Positions 1 to 9,795 of a stretch of 41,341 nt of DNA are shown piece by piece (the stretch's first letter is position 1; each line of letters begins with the position of its first letter). The notes beneath the pieces are model-generated. The model worked only from the letters and a program-made list of their open reading frames with translations, ran no database searches and was not told where the DNA came from. Origin of the DNA: Paludibacter sp. (GTDB lineage Bacteria > Bacteroidota > Bacteroidia > Bacteroidales > Paludibacteraceae); NCBI GenBank assembly GCA_003250325.1, contig QKGU01000212.1:1-41341 (forward strand), in the 5' to 3' direction. A program made the position numbers and the translations under genes.

Positions 1-1
1 A

Positions 2-76
2 GACGTTTTGATTCAGGGAGGATTTATGAAAATAGATAAAAATGTGATTTCGGTTTGCGTCGAGTCATTACAATAA
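2..76 (+). CDS. atpC: 3' end of ATP synthase F1 epsilon subunit (partial, runs off window start)
   Basis: Open frame DVLIQGGFMKIDKNVISVCVESLQ* resembles the end of the epsilon N-terminal beta-sandwich (GGF...N.I.V..E); lies directly upstream of the atpI-like gene and atpB, as in Bacteroidetes atp operons. Confidence 0.8.
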   Translation, partial: DVLIQGGFMKIDKNVISVCVESLQ

Positions 77-79
77 ATC

Positions 80-478
80 ATGGAAAAACTTAGGCGACAA
101 TTATTAATTCTGCACACATTAATTCTAATCGTAACCGGTTGGGTAGGTTGGTATGCGCTGAAGGCCTATTTACCTGATTATGTTTTCGGGTGGTATCCAG
201 TTATTCCGTTTTTCTTTTTGATATTTGGATTTTTCAGCATAAACACTTTAGGCAAAAAGAATTTGGAGAATCCACGAAAATCGGTTAATACATTTATGAT
301 ATTAAGATTAGCCAAATACATATTAAGTTTTACATTACTTTTAGTTTACTATTTTGTGAATGGCAAAGAAAACTTTAAGGTATTTGCTCTGACTTTTGCG
401 ATTTTCTATTTTTTATACTTAGGATTGGAAACTTTTTCGTTTTATAAAACGGAAAAAGAATTAAAAAAACAGTTGTAA
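80..478 (+). CDS. Four-TM membrane protein, AtpI/UncI-like ATP synthase accessory protein
   Basis: 132 aa with four hydrophobic segments, between atpC and atpB. Confidence 0.65.
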   Translation: MEKLRRQLLILHTLILIVTGWVGWYALKAYLPDYVFGWYPVIPFFFLIFGFFSINTLGKKNLENPRKSVNTFMILRLAKYILSFTLLLVYYFVNGKENFKVFALTFAIFYFLYLGLETFSFYKTEKELKKQL

Positions 479-492
479 AAAAAACAGTTGTA
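463..492. repeat. Perfect 15-bp tandem duplication (AAAAAAACAGTTGTA)x2
   Basis: Read directly; spans the atpI-like stop codon and the atpB leader. Confidence 0.9.
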
Positions 493-493
493 A

Positions 494-1567
494 ATGAGTT
501 TCTATCAAAAAATAATAAGCCTTATTCTATTTGCTTTTATTTGCACGGCTCCACTCTCTGCAAATGAATCGGATTCTCATTCGAAAAAAAGCGAAGTTCA
601 GTTGAATGTGCGCGAATTTATACTTGATCACGTCTCCGACTCATACGAATGGCACATTACTTCCTTTAACGAGCATGAAATCTCAATACCACTTCCGGTG
701 ATTGTTTACAGTGCAAATTCAGGTTGGCACTTCTTTCTTTCGTCGGCCTTTCATCACGAGAAGGTACACGAAGGATTGTTTATCGCAAAAGAAGGAGAGC
801 ATAAAGGAAAGATTGTTGAGTTGAACAGTGCGGGAAAGGAAGTTCGTCCGTTTGATATTTCAATTACCAAAATTACTGCATCGATGATTCTTAGTAGCAT
901 ATTACTGATTATCATCATTATGTCGGTAGTTCGCAATTACAAAACCGGAGATTATCAACCAAAAAAAGGATTTGTTGGATTCATGGAAATGTTCATTATG
1001 AACATCAATGATGACGTTATAAAACCTTGCATCGGACCAAAATACAGAAGATACGCACCATATTTACTGACAGTTTTTTTCTTTATTTTCATCAACAATT
1101 TAATGGGGTTGATCCCAATATTCCCCGGAGGTGCAAATGTTACCGGAAATATTGCCATCACATTTGTTCTGGCTGTCATTACTTTTTTAATTGTAAATAT
1201 AAAAGGATCGAAAGAATATTGGAAAGAAATTTTGTGGCCCGATGTACCTTTATGGTTGAAAGCACCTGTTCCTTTAATGCCAGTAATTGAATTGGTAGGA
1301 ATATTCACCAAACCATTTGCATTAATGATCCGGCTTTTTGCGAATATTCTTGCCGGGCACTCCATTGTGTTGGGACTTACTTGTCTTGTGTTCGTAACCG
1401 TAAGTTTAGGTGAGGCTATAAACACAAGTATGACACTGATTTCAGTTATATTCAGTGTTTTTATCGATATTGTCGAATTATTAGTCGCATATATTCAGGC
1501 ATATATATTTACAATGTTATCTGCTGTTTTTATTGGATTGGCGAGAGTAGAGCCACATCACAAGTAA
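494..1567 (+). CDS. atpB: ATP synthase F0 subunit a (with N-terminal signal peptide/periplasmic extension)
   Basis: KPFALMIRLFANILAGH and ELLVAYIQAYIF motifs. Confidence 0.98.
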   Translation: MSFYQKIISLILFAFICTAPLSANESDSHSKKSEVQLNVREFILDHVSDSYEWHITSFNEHEISIPLPVIVYSANSGWHFFLSSAFHHEKVHEGLFIAKEGEHKGKIVELNSAGKEVRPFDISITKITASMILSSILLIIIIMSVVRNYKTGDYQPKKGFVGFMEMFIMNINDDVIKPCIGPKYRRYAPYLLTVFFFIFINNLMGLIPIFPGGANVTGNIAITFVLAVITFLIVNIKGSKEYWKEILWPDVPLWLKAPVPLMPVIELVGIFTKPFALMIRLFANILAGHSIVLGLTCLVFVTVSLGEAINTSMTLISVIFSVFIDIVELLVAYIQAYIFTMLSAVFIGLARVEPHHK

Positions 1568-1635
1568 TTTAACAATGTAATGATACAATGATGTGATAAT
1601 AAATGAAATCGTAAATTATAAATTATATAAAAATT

Positions 1636-1896
1636 ATGTTACTATCCATTTTACTACAAGCAGCTGTAGCTGCAGGAACCGGTGCCGGGTTGGCTAAATT
1701 AGGTGCAGGTATTGGAGCAGGTTTAGCTGCCATTGCAGCGGGTCTTGGAATCGGACGAATTGGTGGTTCAGCTATGGAAGGAATAGCTCGTCAACCGGAA
1801 GCAAGTTCGGATATCCGTATGAATATGATTATTGCTGCCGCGTTGGTCGATGCAGTTTCTTTGTTTGCAATTGTTGTCTGCGGATTTATTTTGTAA
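1636..1896 (+). CDS. atpE: ATP synthase F0 subunit c
   Basis: Gly-rich helix, ARQPE loop, acidic ion-binding residue in AALVDAV. Confidence 0.98.
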   Translation: MLLSILLQAAVAAGTGAGLAKLGAGIGAGLAAIAAGLGIGRIGGSAMEGIARQPEASSDIRMNMIIAAALVDAVSLFAIVVCGFIL

Positions 1897-1903
1897 TAAT
1901 GAT

Positions 1904-1938
1904 TTCCTGAACTTGATCTTCTTTCAATGTTTCAGGAA
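1904..1938 (+). other. Intercistronic stem-loop after atpE
   Basis: TTCCTGAA (1904-1911) / TTCAGGAA (1931-1938) inverted repeat with inner TTGA/TCAA pairing. Confidence 0.55.
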
Positions 1939-1958
1939 CTCATATTAATTTTGTAATT

Positions 1959-2459
1959 ATGTCATTATTATTACCCGAATCAGGATTGTTATTCTGGATG
2001 CTATTGTCGTTTGGTATAGTGGTATTTATACTTGCCAAATATGGTTTCCCTGTCATTATAAAAATGGTAGAAGAACGCAAGCAATACATCGAGGAATCGC
2101 TATTTGTAGCTCAGAAAGCTCACGATGAGTTGAACAACATCAAGTCGGAAAGTGAGATTATTATGAACAATGCGCGCAAGGAACAAGTAAGAATAATGAG
2201 TGAAGCTGCGCAAACACGCGATCAATTGATAAGCGAGGCAAAGGATAAAGCCAATATCGAAGCCCAAAAACTGATCGACGATGCGAGGAAGCAAATTCAG
2301 GCGGAAAAAGAAGAAGCAATTCGCGACATTCGCCGTCAGGTTGCTGATTTATCGGTAGACATAGCAGAAAAAGTCCTTCGCGAAAAACTGGACAGAAAGG
2401 AAGAACAAATGAACATGATCAATCGTCTGATTGACGAAATCAACGTTTCTAAATCGTAA
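1959..2459 (+). CDS. atpF: ATP synthase F0 subunit b
   Basis: N-terminal TM ([10 protein letters not shown]) followed by a coiled coil; operon position. Confidence 0.97.
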   Translation: MSLLLPESGLLFWMLLSFGIVVFILAKYGFPVIIKMVEERKQYIEESLFVAQKAHDELNNIKSESEIIMNNARKEQVRIMSEAAQTRDQLISEAKDKANIEAQKLIDDARKQIQAEKEEAIRDIRRQVADLSVDIAEKVLREKLDRKEEQMNMINRLIDEINVSKS

Positions 2460-2464
2460 TTCAC

Positions 2465-3019
2465 ATGAACTCAGGACCAATTGCTTCACGTTACGCAACA
2501 GCACTTTTTGCTTTCGCAAAAGATAGCAACGAAATAGAAAGCGTTTACGAAAAAGCAAAAGTTATACAAGATATTTTCATGCAACTGCCTATGTTCCGTT
2601 CGGCTCTTGAGAATCCGGTTACTTCGAAGTCCGATAAAAAGAAACTTATTCTGTCTGCAGCTGGAAACAATTTGTCGGGATCCCTGGATTTATTTATCGA
2701 CACATTACTGAAAAATAGCAGAGAAACTTTTCTCCAATTCATTCTACTAAAGTATATTGCTTTATACAGAGAAGAAAAAAATATCCATTTCGGGAAGTTG
2801 ACAACAGCAGAAATAATGGATATCGAAACCGAGAAAAAGCTGATTTCTACCATGGAAAATAAAACAGGAGGAACTATCGAACTGGAAAGGGTCGTTGATC
2901 CAACTATTCTAGGAGGATTTATTTTCGAAATCGACCACAATCAAATAGATGCAAGCGTAAAAGGTCAATTGGATTCAATTCGAAAAGAATATATCGAGAG
3001 AAATTTAAAAACGATTTAA
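2465..3019 (+). CDS. atpH: ATP synthase F1 subunit delta
   Basis: IASRYATALF and VDPTILGG...IDASV motifs. Confidence 0.96.
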   Translation: MNSGPIASRYATALFAFAKDSNEIESVYEKAKVIQDIFMQLPMFRSALENPVTSKSDKKKLILSAAGNNLSGSLDLFIDTLLKNSRETFLQFILLKYIALYREEKNIHFGKLTTAEIMDIETEKKLISTMENKTGGTIELERVVDPTILGGFIFEIDHNQIDASVKGQLDSIRKEYIERNLKTI

Positions 3020-3021
3020 AT

Positions 3022-3103
3022 GATTCACAATTCATAATGCCTAATTCATAATTAATCATTTCTATTTTTCATTATAAATTATACATTTTGAATTATTAAT
3101 TAA
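3022..3103. repeat. Degenerate heptamer (AATTCAT-type) low-complexity spacer
   Basis: attcacaattcataatgcctaattcataatt followed by partly complementary aattat/gaattat units. Confidence 0.55.
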
Positions 3104-3109
3104 TAGAAG

Positions 3110-4702
3110 ATGTCTGATAATATAAAGGTGAGCGAGGTATCCGAAATTCTTCGGATGCAACTTCAGGGAATCGATGCAAGCGTTCGTTTCGACGAAGTAG
3201 GAACCGTGCTGCAGGTAAGCGATGGTGTAGTTCGTATTTATGGACTTAATAATGCCGAAGCCAACGAACTACTTGAGTTCGACAACGGAATGAAAGCTAT
3301 CGTCATGAATCTTGAAGAAGATAATGTAGGAGCTGTTCTACTTGGACCTACCAGCCAAATAAAAGAAGGTTTCACCGTGAAGCGCACTAAAAAGGTAGCA
3401 TCAATTCAAGTAAGCGAAGGCATGCTTGGACGCGTTATCAATCCACTTGGAGAACCATTAGACGGAAAAGGAAAGCTTACCGGCGAAATGGTTGAAATGC
3501 CATTGGAGCGTAAAGCTCCAGGTGTTATTTTTCGTCAACCGGTAAATCAACCGCTGCAAACAGGACTAAAATCGATTGATGCAATGATTCCTATCGGTCG
3601 CGGACAACGTGAATTAATCATTGGCGACCGCCAAACTGGCAAAACAAGTATTGCCATTGACACTATTATTAATCAAAAATCTAATTACGATGCAGGGAAA
3701 CCTGTTTACTGTATATACGTGGCAGTAGGACAAAAAGGCTCAACCGTTGCCTCGATTCATAATACGCTGGAAGCGAGTGGAGCTATGGCCTACACTACCA
3801 TTGTTGCCGCTAACGCATCGGATCCGGCCGCATTACAATATTACGCCCCTTTTGCCGGTGCTGCAATTGGAGAATACTTTCGCGACACTGGTCGTGACGC
3901 TCTGGTGGTTTACGACGACTTATCAAAGCAAGCGGTAGCTTATCGCGAGGTTTCGTTGATTTTGCGTCGTCCATCGGGTCGAGAAGCTTATCCCGGCGAT
4001 ATTTTTTATTTACATTCACGTTTGCTCGAACGTGCAGCAAGAATCATTTCTCAACAAGAAGTTGCAGAAAAGATGAACGATTTACCCGAAAGTCTGAAAG
4101 GGAAAGTAAAAGGTGGAGGTTCGCTCACAGCATTACCAATCATCGAAACTCAGGCGGGCGATGTTTCGGCGTATATACCCACAAATGTAATCTCTATTAC
4201 CGATGGACAAATCTTCCTTGATTCCGATCTGTTCAATCAGGGAAACCGTCCGGCGATTAATGTCGGTATTTCAGTATCACGTGTAGGTGGAAATGCACAA
4301 ATAAAAGCCATGAAAAAAGTGGCTGGAACTCTTAAAATTGATCAGGCTCAGTTCCGCGAGCTGGAAGCTTTCAGTAAATTTGGAAGTGATATGGACGTTG
4401 TAACTGCAATGACCATTGACAAGGGACAAAAAAATATGCGCCTGTTGGTTCAACCATTAAACACTCCAATGCCGGTAGAAAAGCAAATTGCTATTCTTTA
4501 CTGCGGAACTAATGGTTTATTGGCAAAAGTTCCGTTAGCAAAAGTTCATGAATTTGAGAAAGAATTTCTTTCTGTTCTGGAAATAGCTCATCAAGCAGAT
4601 ATTTTATCTCCTCTAAAAGAGGGAATTATCAACGATGACATTACAAAAATTATTGAACAGGTAGCTTCAGACGTAACAAAAACAATATTGGCAATAGCCT
4701 GA
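3110..4702 (+). CDS. atpA: ATP synthase F1 subunit alpha
   Basis: Walker [27 protein letters not shown]. Confidence 0.99.
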   Translation: MSDNIKVSEVSEILRMQLQGIDASVRFDEVGTVLQVSDGVVRIYGLNNAEANELLEFDNGMKAIVMNLEEDNVGAVLLGPTSQIKEGFTVKRTKKVASIQVSEGMLGRVINPLGEPLDGKGKLTGEMVEMPLERKAPGVIFRQPVNQPLQTGLKSIDAMIPIGRGQRELIIGDRQTGKTSIAIDTIINQKSNYDAGKPVYCIYVAVGQKGSTVASIHNTLEASGAMAYTTIVAANASDPAALQYYAPFAGAAIGEYFRDTGRDALVVYDDLSKQAVAYREVSLILRRPSGREAYPGDIFYLHSRLLERAARIISQQEVAEKMNDLPESLKGKVKGGGSLTALPIIETQAGDVSAYIPTNVISITDGQIFLDSDLFNQGNRPAINVGISVSRVGGNAQIKAMKKVAGTLKIDQAQFRELEAFSKFGSDMDVVTAMTIDKGQKNMRLLVQPLNTPMPVEKQIAILYCGTNGLLAKVPLAKVHEFEKEFLSVLEIAHQADILSPLKEGIINDDITKIIEQVASDVTKTILAIA

Positions 4703-4746
4703 TAAAAAATTGAAATTTACTTTTCAAAGTAAGTTATTATAAAGAA

Positions 4747-5607
4747 ATGGCATCATTAAAAGAGATTAAAACCAGAATTCAGTCGGTTCATTCGACACAA
4801 AAGATCACTTCAGCCATGAAGATGGTGTCGTCGGCAAAACTGCGTAAAGCTGAAAAAACAATAGCCAGTTTTTATCCTTATAATGAGAGTTTGAGCAATG
4901 TGCTAACAGATTTTTTAAGCCAGGAAGACGATATCTCATCTATTTTTGCAACCAGAAGAGAACTCAACAGAGTTGCATTGGTGGTTTTCTCTTCCAATTC
5001 CAGTTTATGCGGAAGTTTTAATGCAAATGTTGCCAAGCAGTTAAGTATGAAAATACACAAGTACCAATCATTGGGGCATGAGAACATCCTTATTTTCCCG
5101 ATCGGAAAAAAGATTGCCGCTACTTGTAAGAAATTAGGTTTCGAGCCTCAAGGAGACTTTCAGGAAATGGCAGATAAGCCTAATTATGATGAAACAAGCG
5201 AGCTTGCGGATAGAATAATGACACTTTTCTCAAGAAATGAAATCGACAGGGTGGAATTAATTTACCACCATTTTAAAAACAAAAGTTCGCAAATACTAAC
5301 CAGCGAAATGTATTTGCCGATTCAACTAAAACCGCAAGAGAAACATGCAACAAAGTCAAATTTCATCGTTGAACCCGACAAACAAACATTGACAGACATC
5401 CTGATTCCTAAAGTATTAAAACTAAGATTATACACAGCCCTACTCGATTCTAATGCATCTGAACATGCTGCCCGCACCATGGCGATGCAAACAGCTACCG
5501 ACAATGCAAACGATTTATTGCAAGATCTATCGCTGCAATTCAATAAATCGCGTCAGCAAGCCATAACGAGTGAATTACTCGATATTATGGGAGGCTCGTT
5601 TAAGTAA
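4747..5607 (+). CDS. atpG: ATP synthase F1 subunit gamma
   Basis: KITSAMKMVS, SEHAARTMAM, RQQAITSEL motifs. Confidence 0.99.
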   Translation: MASLKEIKTRIQSVHSTQKITSAMKMVSSAKLRKAEKTIASFYPYNESLSNVLTDFLSQEDDISSIFATRRELNRVALVVFSSNSSLCGSFNANVAKQLSMKIHKYQSLGHENILIFPIGKKIAATCKKLGFEPQGDFQEMADKPNYDETSELADRIMTLFSRNEIDRVELIYHHFKNKSSQILTSEMYLPIQLKPQEKHATKSNFIVEPDKQTLTDILIPKVLKLRLYTALLDSNASEHAARTMAMQTATDNANDLLQDLSLQFNKSRQQAITSELLDIMGGSFK

Positions 5608-5629
5608 TAAGGCTTAGATAAGAGAAAGT

Positions 5630-6040
5630 TTATCTTGAATAAACGGCATGGACGCTACGCTCTTGTCCATCGTAAATGTTATAATCAAGAGAAATTTGTT
5701 TAAAGTCGGAGGAGACCGTACCACTACCAGATCGAACAATTATCGGTTGTGTAAATCCAATTTGCTGAGAACCTATAATTACTACATTACTTCCGGTGAG
5801 TTTTACATAAATAAATTCATCATAATCCACGTTATAAAAGTTGCTTATAAGATATTGAGTCGTGTCGCTCAGCCTTCGATCTACATCCACAATATATGTT
5901 CTGGGTTGTGCATAAGGGATCGTCTCTTCACACCGCCACGAACCTTCAATATTAGTATATACTTTTGGTTCATTATTCCCGCACGAAACAAGAGAAAATA
6001 TAAAACTAAATAATAGTAAGATGTAAGCGTTTTTTCTCAT
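5630..6040 (-). CDS. Hypothetical lipoprotein, possibly lipocalin-like beta-barrel
   Basis: Signal peptide with lipobox LVSC; IEGSW resembles the lipocalin G-x-W motif; its start overlaps the upstream stop (ATGA). Confidence 0.7.
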   Translation of the reverse strand: MRKNAYILLLFSFIFSLVSCGNNEPKVYTNIEGSWRCEETIPYAQPRTYIVDVDRRLSDTTQYLISNFYNVDYDEFIYVKLTGSNVVIIGSQQIGFTQPIIVRSGSGTVSSDFKQISLDYNIYDGQERSVHAVYSR

Positions 6041-7248
6041 TCCTCTTTTTCTTCTGTTTTGTAGTTCTTCGAATCAATTATTTTACCACTTTTATCGTAC
6101 CCAACAGCTTGTCCTGAACGTAGTCCGTTATGAAAGTTTATTTCGGACATTAGTTCTCCAGTTGTGTAAAATGTTTTCCAAACACCTTCTTTGTGGTCGT
6201 TTATATAGTTGCCTTTGTTTTTCAATTCTCCGGTTTCGTAAAAGAACGACCATTCACCCTCGGCTTTTCCTGAGATATACGGCCCGGTAACTTTCATTTT
6301 TCCATCCGAGAAATATATTTTCCAAACACCATCTAACAGTCCTTGTTTGTAATGTCCCGTTGTATATACATTTCCATTGTAATAGAACGATTTCCACAAT
6401 CCATCTTTCAGATTGTTCTTAAAAGTACCGGTTTCTTTCACGAGTAATTTCGTTGAATCGTAATATTCGGTAAAATCTCCGGTTATCAAATCATCAGTAT
6501 AATTGCAAACCAACTTTATATTTCCACGAGGGTAATATCCAGTAAGTTTCCCATTCAGTTTTCCATTGTTATAGTAACACGTTTTATTTACCGCACCTTC
6601 CTCATAGTCTTTATAATAGTCAGTAAAAAGTCCATCGTAAACACCGTTCTTTTTAATCGATTTCTCTTTAATTTTTCCGTTCTCGAAGTAACTTACACCC
6701 GGACCATCCTCTATTCCATTTTTAAACTGCTTTACAAAACGGACTTTTTTATCCTCATAATAAGCTTTCACTTCTCCGTTAGCGAGATTATTCAAATAAT
6801 GTGCGACCTCCTGTACGTTCCCGTTTTCAAAGTAATTAACAACTTCCCCATTCAATTGGTCATTCTTATAGCTCAACTTTTGTTGGATCTGTCCGGTTGG
6901 ATAATAATAATTAAGTACGCCATTAAGCGTTCCGTCGACGAAAGGCATTTCCTGCTTTATCGCTCCGCTTTCGTAATAATCTTTCCACAAACCCACCAGC
7001 CTATCGTTATCATAATTACCTTTCTGCCAGACTTTTCCATCGGAATAGTAAATAATATATTTCCCTTGTTTATGTTCTTTTTTGTCGTCGCCAATCGCAA
7101 CAGAATACACTTCTTTTAATTGTTTTTTATCCACATCGTACCACGTTTTAATGGTTTTTGATTGCGAAAATACAAGCTTGGACACAACAAAAAAACTGAT
7201 TACGAACCAATAGCGAACTGACATAAGAAAAGAAAATCGACCCGACAT
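6037..7248 (-). CDS. Exported MORN-variant (YwqK-like) repeat protein
   Basis: Many ~24-aa repeats of the type G.W..YY..G.......Y..G; hydrophobic N-terminal signal ending ...VFSQ. Confidence 0.85.
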   Translation of the reverse strand: MSGRFSFLMSVRYWFVISFFVVSKLVFSQSKTIKTWYDVDKKQLKEVYSVAIGDDKKEHKQGKYIIYYSDGKVWQKGNYDNDRLVGLWKDYYESGAIKQEMPFVDGTLNGVLNYYYPTGQIQQKLSYKNDQLNGEVVNYFENGNVQEVAHYLNNLANGEVKAYYEDKKVRFVKQFKNGIEDGPGVSYFENGKIKEKSIKKNGVYDGLFTDYYKDYEEGAVNKTCYYNNGKLNGKLTGYYPRGNIKLVCNYTDDLITGDFTEYYDSTKLLVKETGTFKNNLKDGLWKSFYYNGNVYTTGHYKQGLLDGVWKIYFSDGKMKVTGPYISGKAEGEWSFFYETGELKNKGNYINDHKEGVWKTFYTTGELMSEINFHNGLRSGQAVGYDKSGKIIDSKNYKTEEKEE

Positions 7249-7275
7249 ACTTTTAAATAAGATTCTCTATAATTT

Positions 7276-8073
7276 TTATTTCACTTCCAGCATCATTTGT
7301 GTACCCGCGAGAGGTTGACGATGTCCATAATCTAAAATAGCAGCCAGAGCGTATTTACCTTTCGCCAATTGTTTTGGTAATTGAAGTTTTACAACTCTGA
7401 CACCATCCGGATAAACCGTAACTTTTACAGGATTAAATTTTTCTTCTTTAGCAGTTTGCAAATCGGCTAAAGCAAGGTTTACATTTGCATCGATCACATT
7501 ATCGCCCAGATTAGTTATCTGCACCTCGAAGTTTCTTTGCGCATCATCAGGTTTCGTAACCTCTTTCAAACCCGAAATAGTTGCTTTATAGCTATTGTTA
7601 CTTTTAGGAGATTGCTTTACCAAAATCACAATACGCGGAACAATTAAAACCCCAGTAGCCAGCGTTTTATCAGCTTCAAAACTGGTTTGTTCCTTAGCCA
7701 CTTCCACCATTATCATACACCATTTCGATGAAAAACCATTTTTGGGTACTGTCATCAACGCATCAATCGAAGCAGACTGATTTGGATTCAGTTCAATAAG
7801 TGATGGATTAATCGTTATCCAGTCAGCACACGATCTTTGAGTTGTGCCTGCAGGAACCGGTTTTTTATTTCCATTGTTATCGATCTCATAATCCGAAACT
7901 TTCAGCGTATAACGCTGAGGTTTGCTGGAATGATTGATCAGATTTATTTGCTTGGTTTGTATTTCGCCAGGATTAGCATCGAAACTCATTAAAACCGGAG
8001 AGACTTCAAAATCCTGCGCAAAAGCGATTGAGAAAAACAATGAGCAAAAGAGTACTGCTTTAATACGAAACAT
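7276..8073 (-). CDS. Exported PapD-like/Ig-fold (fimbrial chaperone-like) protein
   Basis: Sec signal (AFA-Q), VSP..M.F...PGE..T..I.L.N and SCADWITINPS.IEL.PNQS pattern of PapD-like Ig domains. Confidence 0.6.
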   Translation of the reverse strand: MFRIKAVLFCSLFFSIAFAQDFEVSPVLMSFDANPGEIQTKQINLINHSSKPQRYTLKVSDYEIDNNGNKKPVPAGTTQRSCADWITINPSLIELNPNQSASIDALMTVPKNGFSSKWCMIMVEVAKEQTSFEADKTLATGVLIVPRIVILVKQSPKSNNSYKATISGLKEVTKPDDAQRNFEVQITNLGDNVIDANVNLALADLQTAKEEKFNPVKVTVYPDGVRVVKLQLPKQLAKGKYALAAILDYGHRQPLAGTQMMLEVK

Positions 8074-8174
8074 AAGTAATTGTCTAATTATATATTAAAT
8101 CTTCTGTTTTGAGGCAATCAACAATTAAATCGGAAAATTACAAAATAATTTTACCAAATATTTTATCTGACTGA

Positions 8175-8182
8175 CAAAAGTA
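8175..8182 (-). promoter_or_regulatory. Bacteroidetes -7 promoter element TACTTTTG for the three-gene envelope cluster
   Basis: Exact TAnnTTTG match on the minus strand ~100 bp upstream of the 8073 start. Confidence 0.55.
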
Positions 8183-8274
8183 ATAATTTGAATCAATAAA
8201 ACATCGTTTTTATGCAAAGACAAACGATATTTCTGACAGTCATTAGTTTTTTATACCGAAATCCGGTAAAATAA

Positions 8275-8306
8275 CAAAGGCTGTTCCAATTTAGAAACAG
8301 CCTTTG
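8275..8306 (-). terminator. Intrinsic terminator downstream of ahcY
   Basis: CAAAGGCTGTT...AACAGCCTTTG hairpin followed by a T-rich run on the minus strand. Confidence 0.8.
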
Positions 8307-8327
8307 CAAATCTTCATTATGTTGAGA

Positions 8328-9749
8328 TTAATATCTATAGTGTTCCGGTTTGTAAGGTCCTTCCACTTTCACACCAATATAATCAGCTTGCTCAGGAGTA
8401 AGCACAGTCAATTTCACACCAAGTTGATCCAAATGCAAACGAGCAACTTCTTCATCTAAATGTTTTGGTAAGCGATATACGTCAACCGGATAATCTTTAG
8501 TAAAAAGTTCAATCTGCGCCAATGTCTGATTTGTAAATGAGTTACTCATCACAAACGAAGGGTGACCTGTAGCACAACCTAAATTCACCAAACGACCATC
8601 AGCAAGTAATAATACACCGTGCCCATCAGGGAAAATATATTTATCAACCTGTGGTTTGATGTTAACACATTCGATACCCTGATATTTTTTCAGTTTTTCA
8701 ACCTGAATTTCGTTATCGAAGTGACCGATATTACATATAATGGCGCCATCTTTCATTTTCTCGATATGCTCGATGCGGATAATATCTTTGTTTCCTGTGG
8801 TAGTCACATACACATTTCCTTCGGCAAGAGCATCTTCTACCGGGCAAACTTCAAATCCTTCCATAGAAGCCTGAAGCGCACAAATCGGATCTATTTCAGT
8901 TACTAAAACGCGGGCTCCATAAGCTCGCATCGATTTTGCACAACCTTTACCAACATCGCCATAACCGCAAACAACAACTACTTTTCCGGCAAGCATAATG
9001 TCGGTAGCACGTTTGATTCCATCGGCCAACGATTCACGACAACCGTAAAGATTATCAAATTTAGATTTCGTAACCGAGTCGTTCACATTGAAAGCTGGGA
9101 ACAACAATGAACCTTCTTCCAACATTTGATACAAACGATGAACTCCGGTAGTTGTTTCTTCGGAAACACCACGAATTCCCGGAATCATCCGTCCCCAAAT
9201 GCTATTATCTTCTTTTAAAACATCTTTCAAAATAGCATACAGCAATCTTTCGTCATCACCACCAGCTACTTTATCAAGTACAGTTGCATCTTTTTCGGCT
9301 GCTCCACCTACGTGAATCATCATAGTCGCATCACCACCATCGTCCACAATTACGGTTGGTCCCTGATGTCCTTCAAAAGTCAATGCCTGAAGCGTACACC
9401 ACCAGTATTCTTCCAACGTTTCACCTTTCCATGCAAAAACCGGTACACCTGCAGCAGCAATGGCAGCAGCAGCGTGATCCTGAGTAGAATAAATATTACA
9501 ACTACACCAACGAACTTCAGCTCCAAGTTCAACCAAGGTTTCAATTAAAACGGCTGTTTGTATAGTCATGTGAAGCGAACCCATGATGCGAGCTCCTTTC
9601 AGAGGTTTTTCCTTGCCATATTTTGCACGCAACGCCATCAAGCCGGGCATTTCTTTTTCTGCAAGTTCAATTTCTTTTCTACCAAAGTCAGCCAACGACA
9701 TATCGGCAACTTTATAAGGTAAAGAACTAAATAATGCTGTAGAATTCAT
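8328..9749 (-). CDS. ahcY: Adenosylhomocysteinase (SAH hydrolase)
   Basis: [56 protein letters not shown]. Confidence 0.99.
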   Translation of the reverse strand: MNSTALFSSLPYKVADMSLADFGRKEIELAEKEMPGLMALRAKYGKEKPLKGARIMGSLHMTIQTAVLIETLVELGAEVRWCSCNIYSTQDHAAAAIAAAGVPVFAWKGETLEEYWWCTLQALTFEGHQGPTVIVDDGGDATMMIHVGGAAEKDATVLDKVAGGDDERLLYAILKDVLKEDNSIWGRMIPGIRGVSEETTTGVHRLYQMLEEGSLLFPAFNVNDSVTKSKFDNLYGCRESLADGIKRATDIMLAGKVVVVCGYGDVGKGCAKSMRAYGARVLVTEIDPICALQASMEGFEVCPVEDALAEGNVYVTTTGNKDIIRIEHIEKMKDGAIICNIGHFDNEIQVEKLKKYQGIECVNIKPQVDKYIFPDGHGVLLLADGRLVNLGCATGHPSFVMSNSFTNQTLAQIELFTKDYPVDVYRLPKHLDEEVARLHLDQLGVKLTVLTPEQADYIGVKVEGPYKPEHYRY

Positions 9750-9795
9750 ATTTTATAACTTTTTGATTTTTACTTTATTGTTTCAAAAACAGGAG

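Noticed and set aside
80-5607. Na+-translocating N-ATPase operon
   Set aside because: A separate atpH is present and the c-subunit lacks the Glu-Ser/Thr Na+ ligands; the gene order is the usual Bacteroidetes one.
6037-7248. YwqJK-type toxin-antitoxin system
   Set aside because: The repeat protein appears exported and no toxin-like ORF is adjacent; the YwqK label would reflect only the repeat type.
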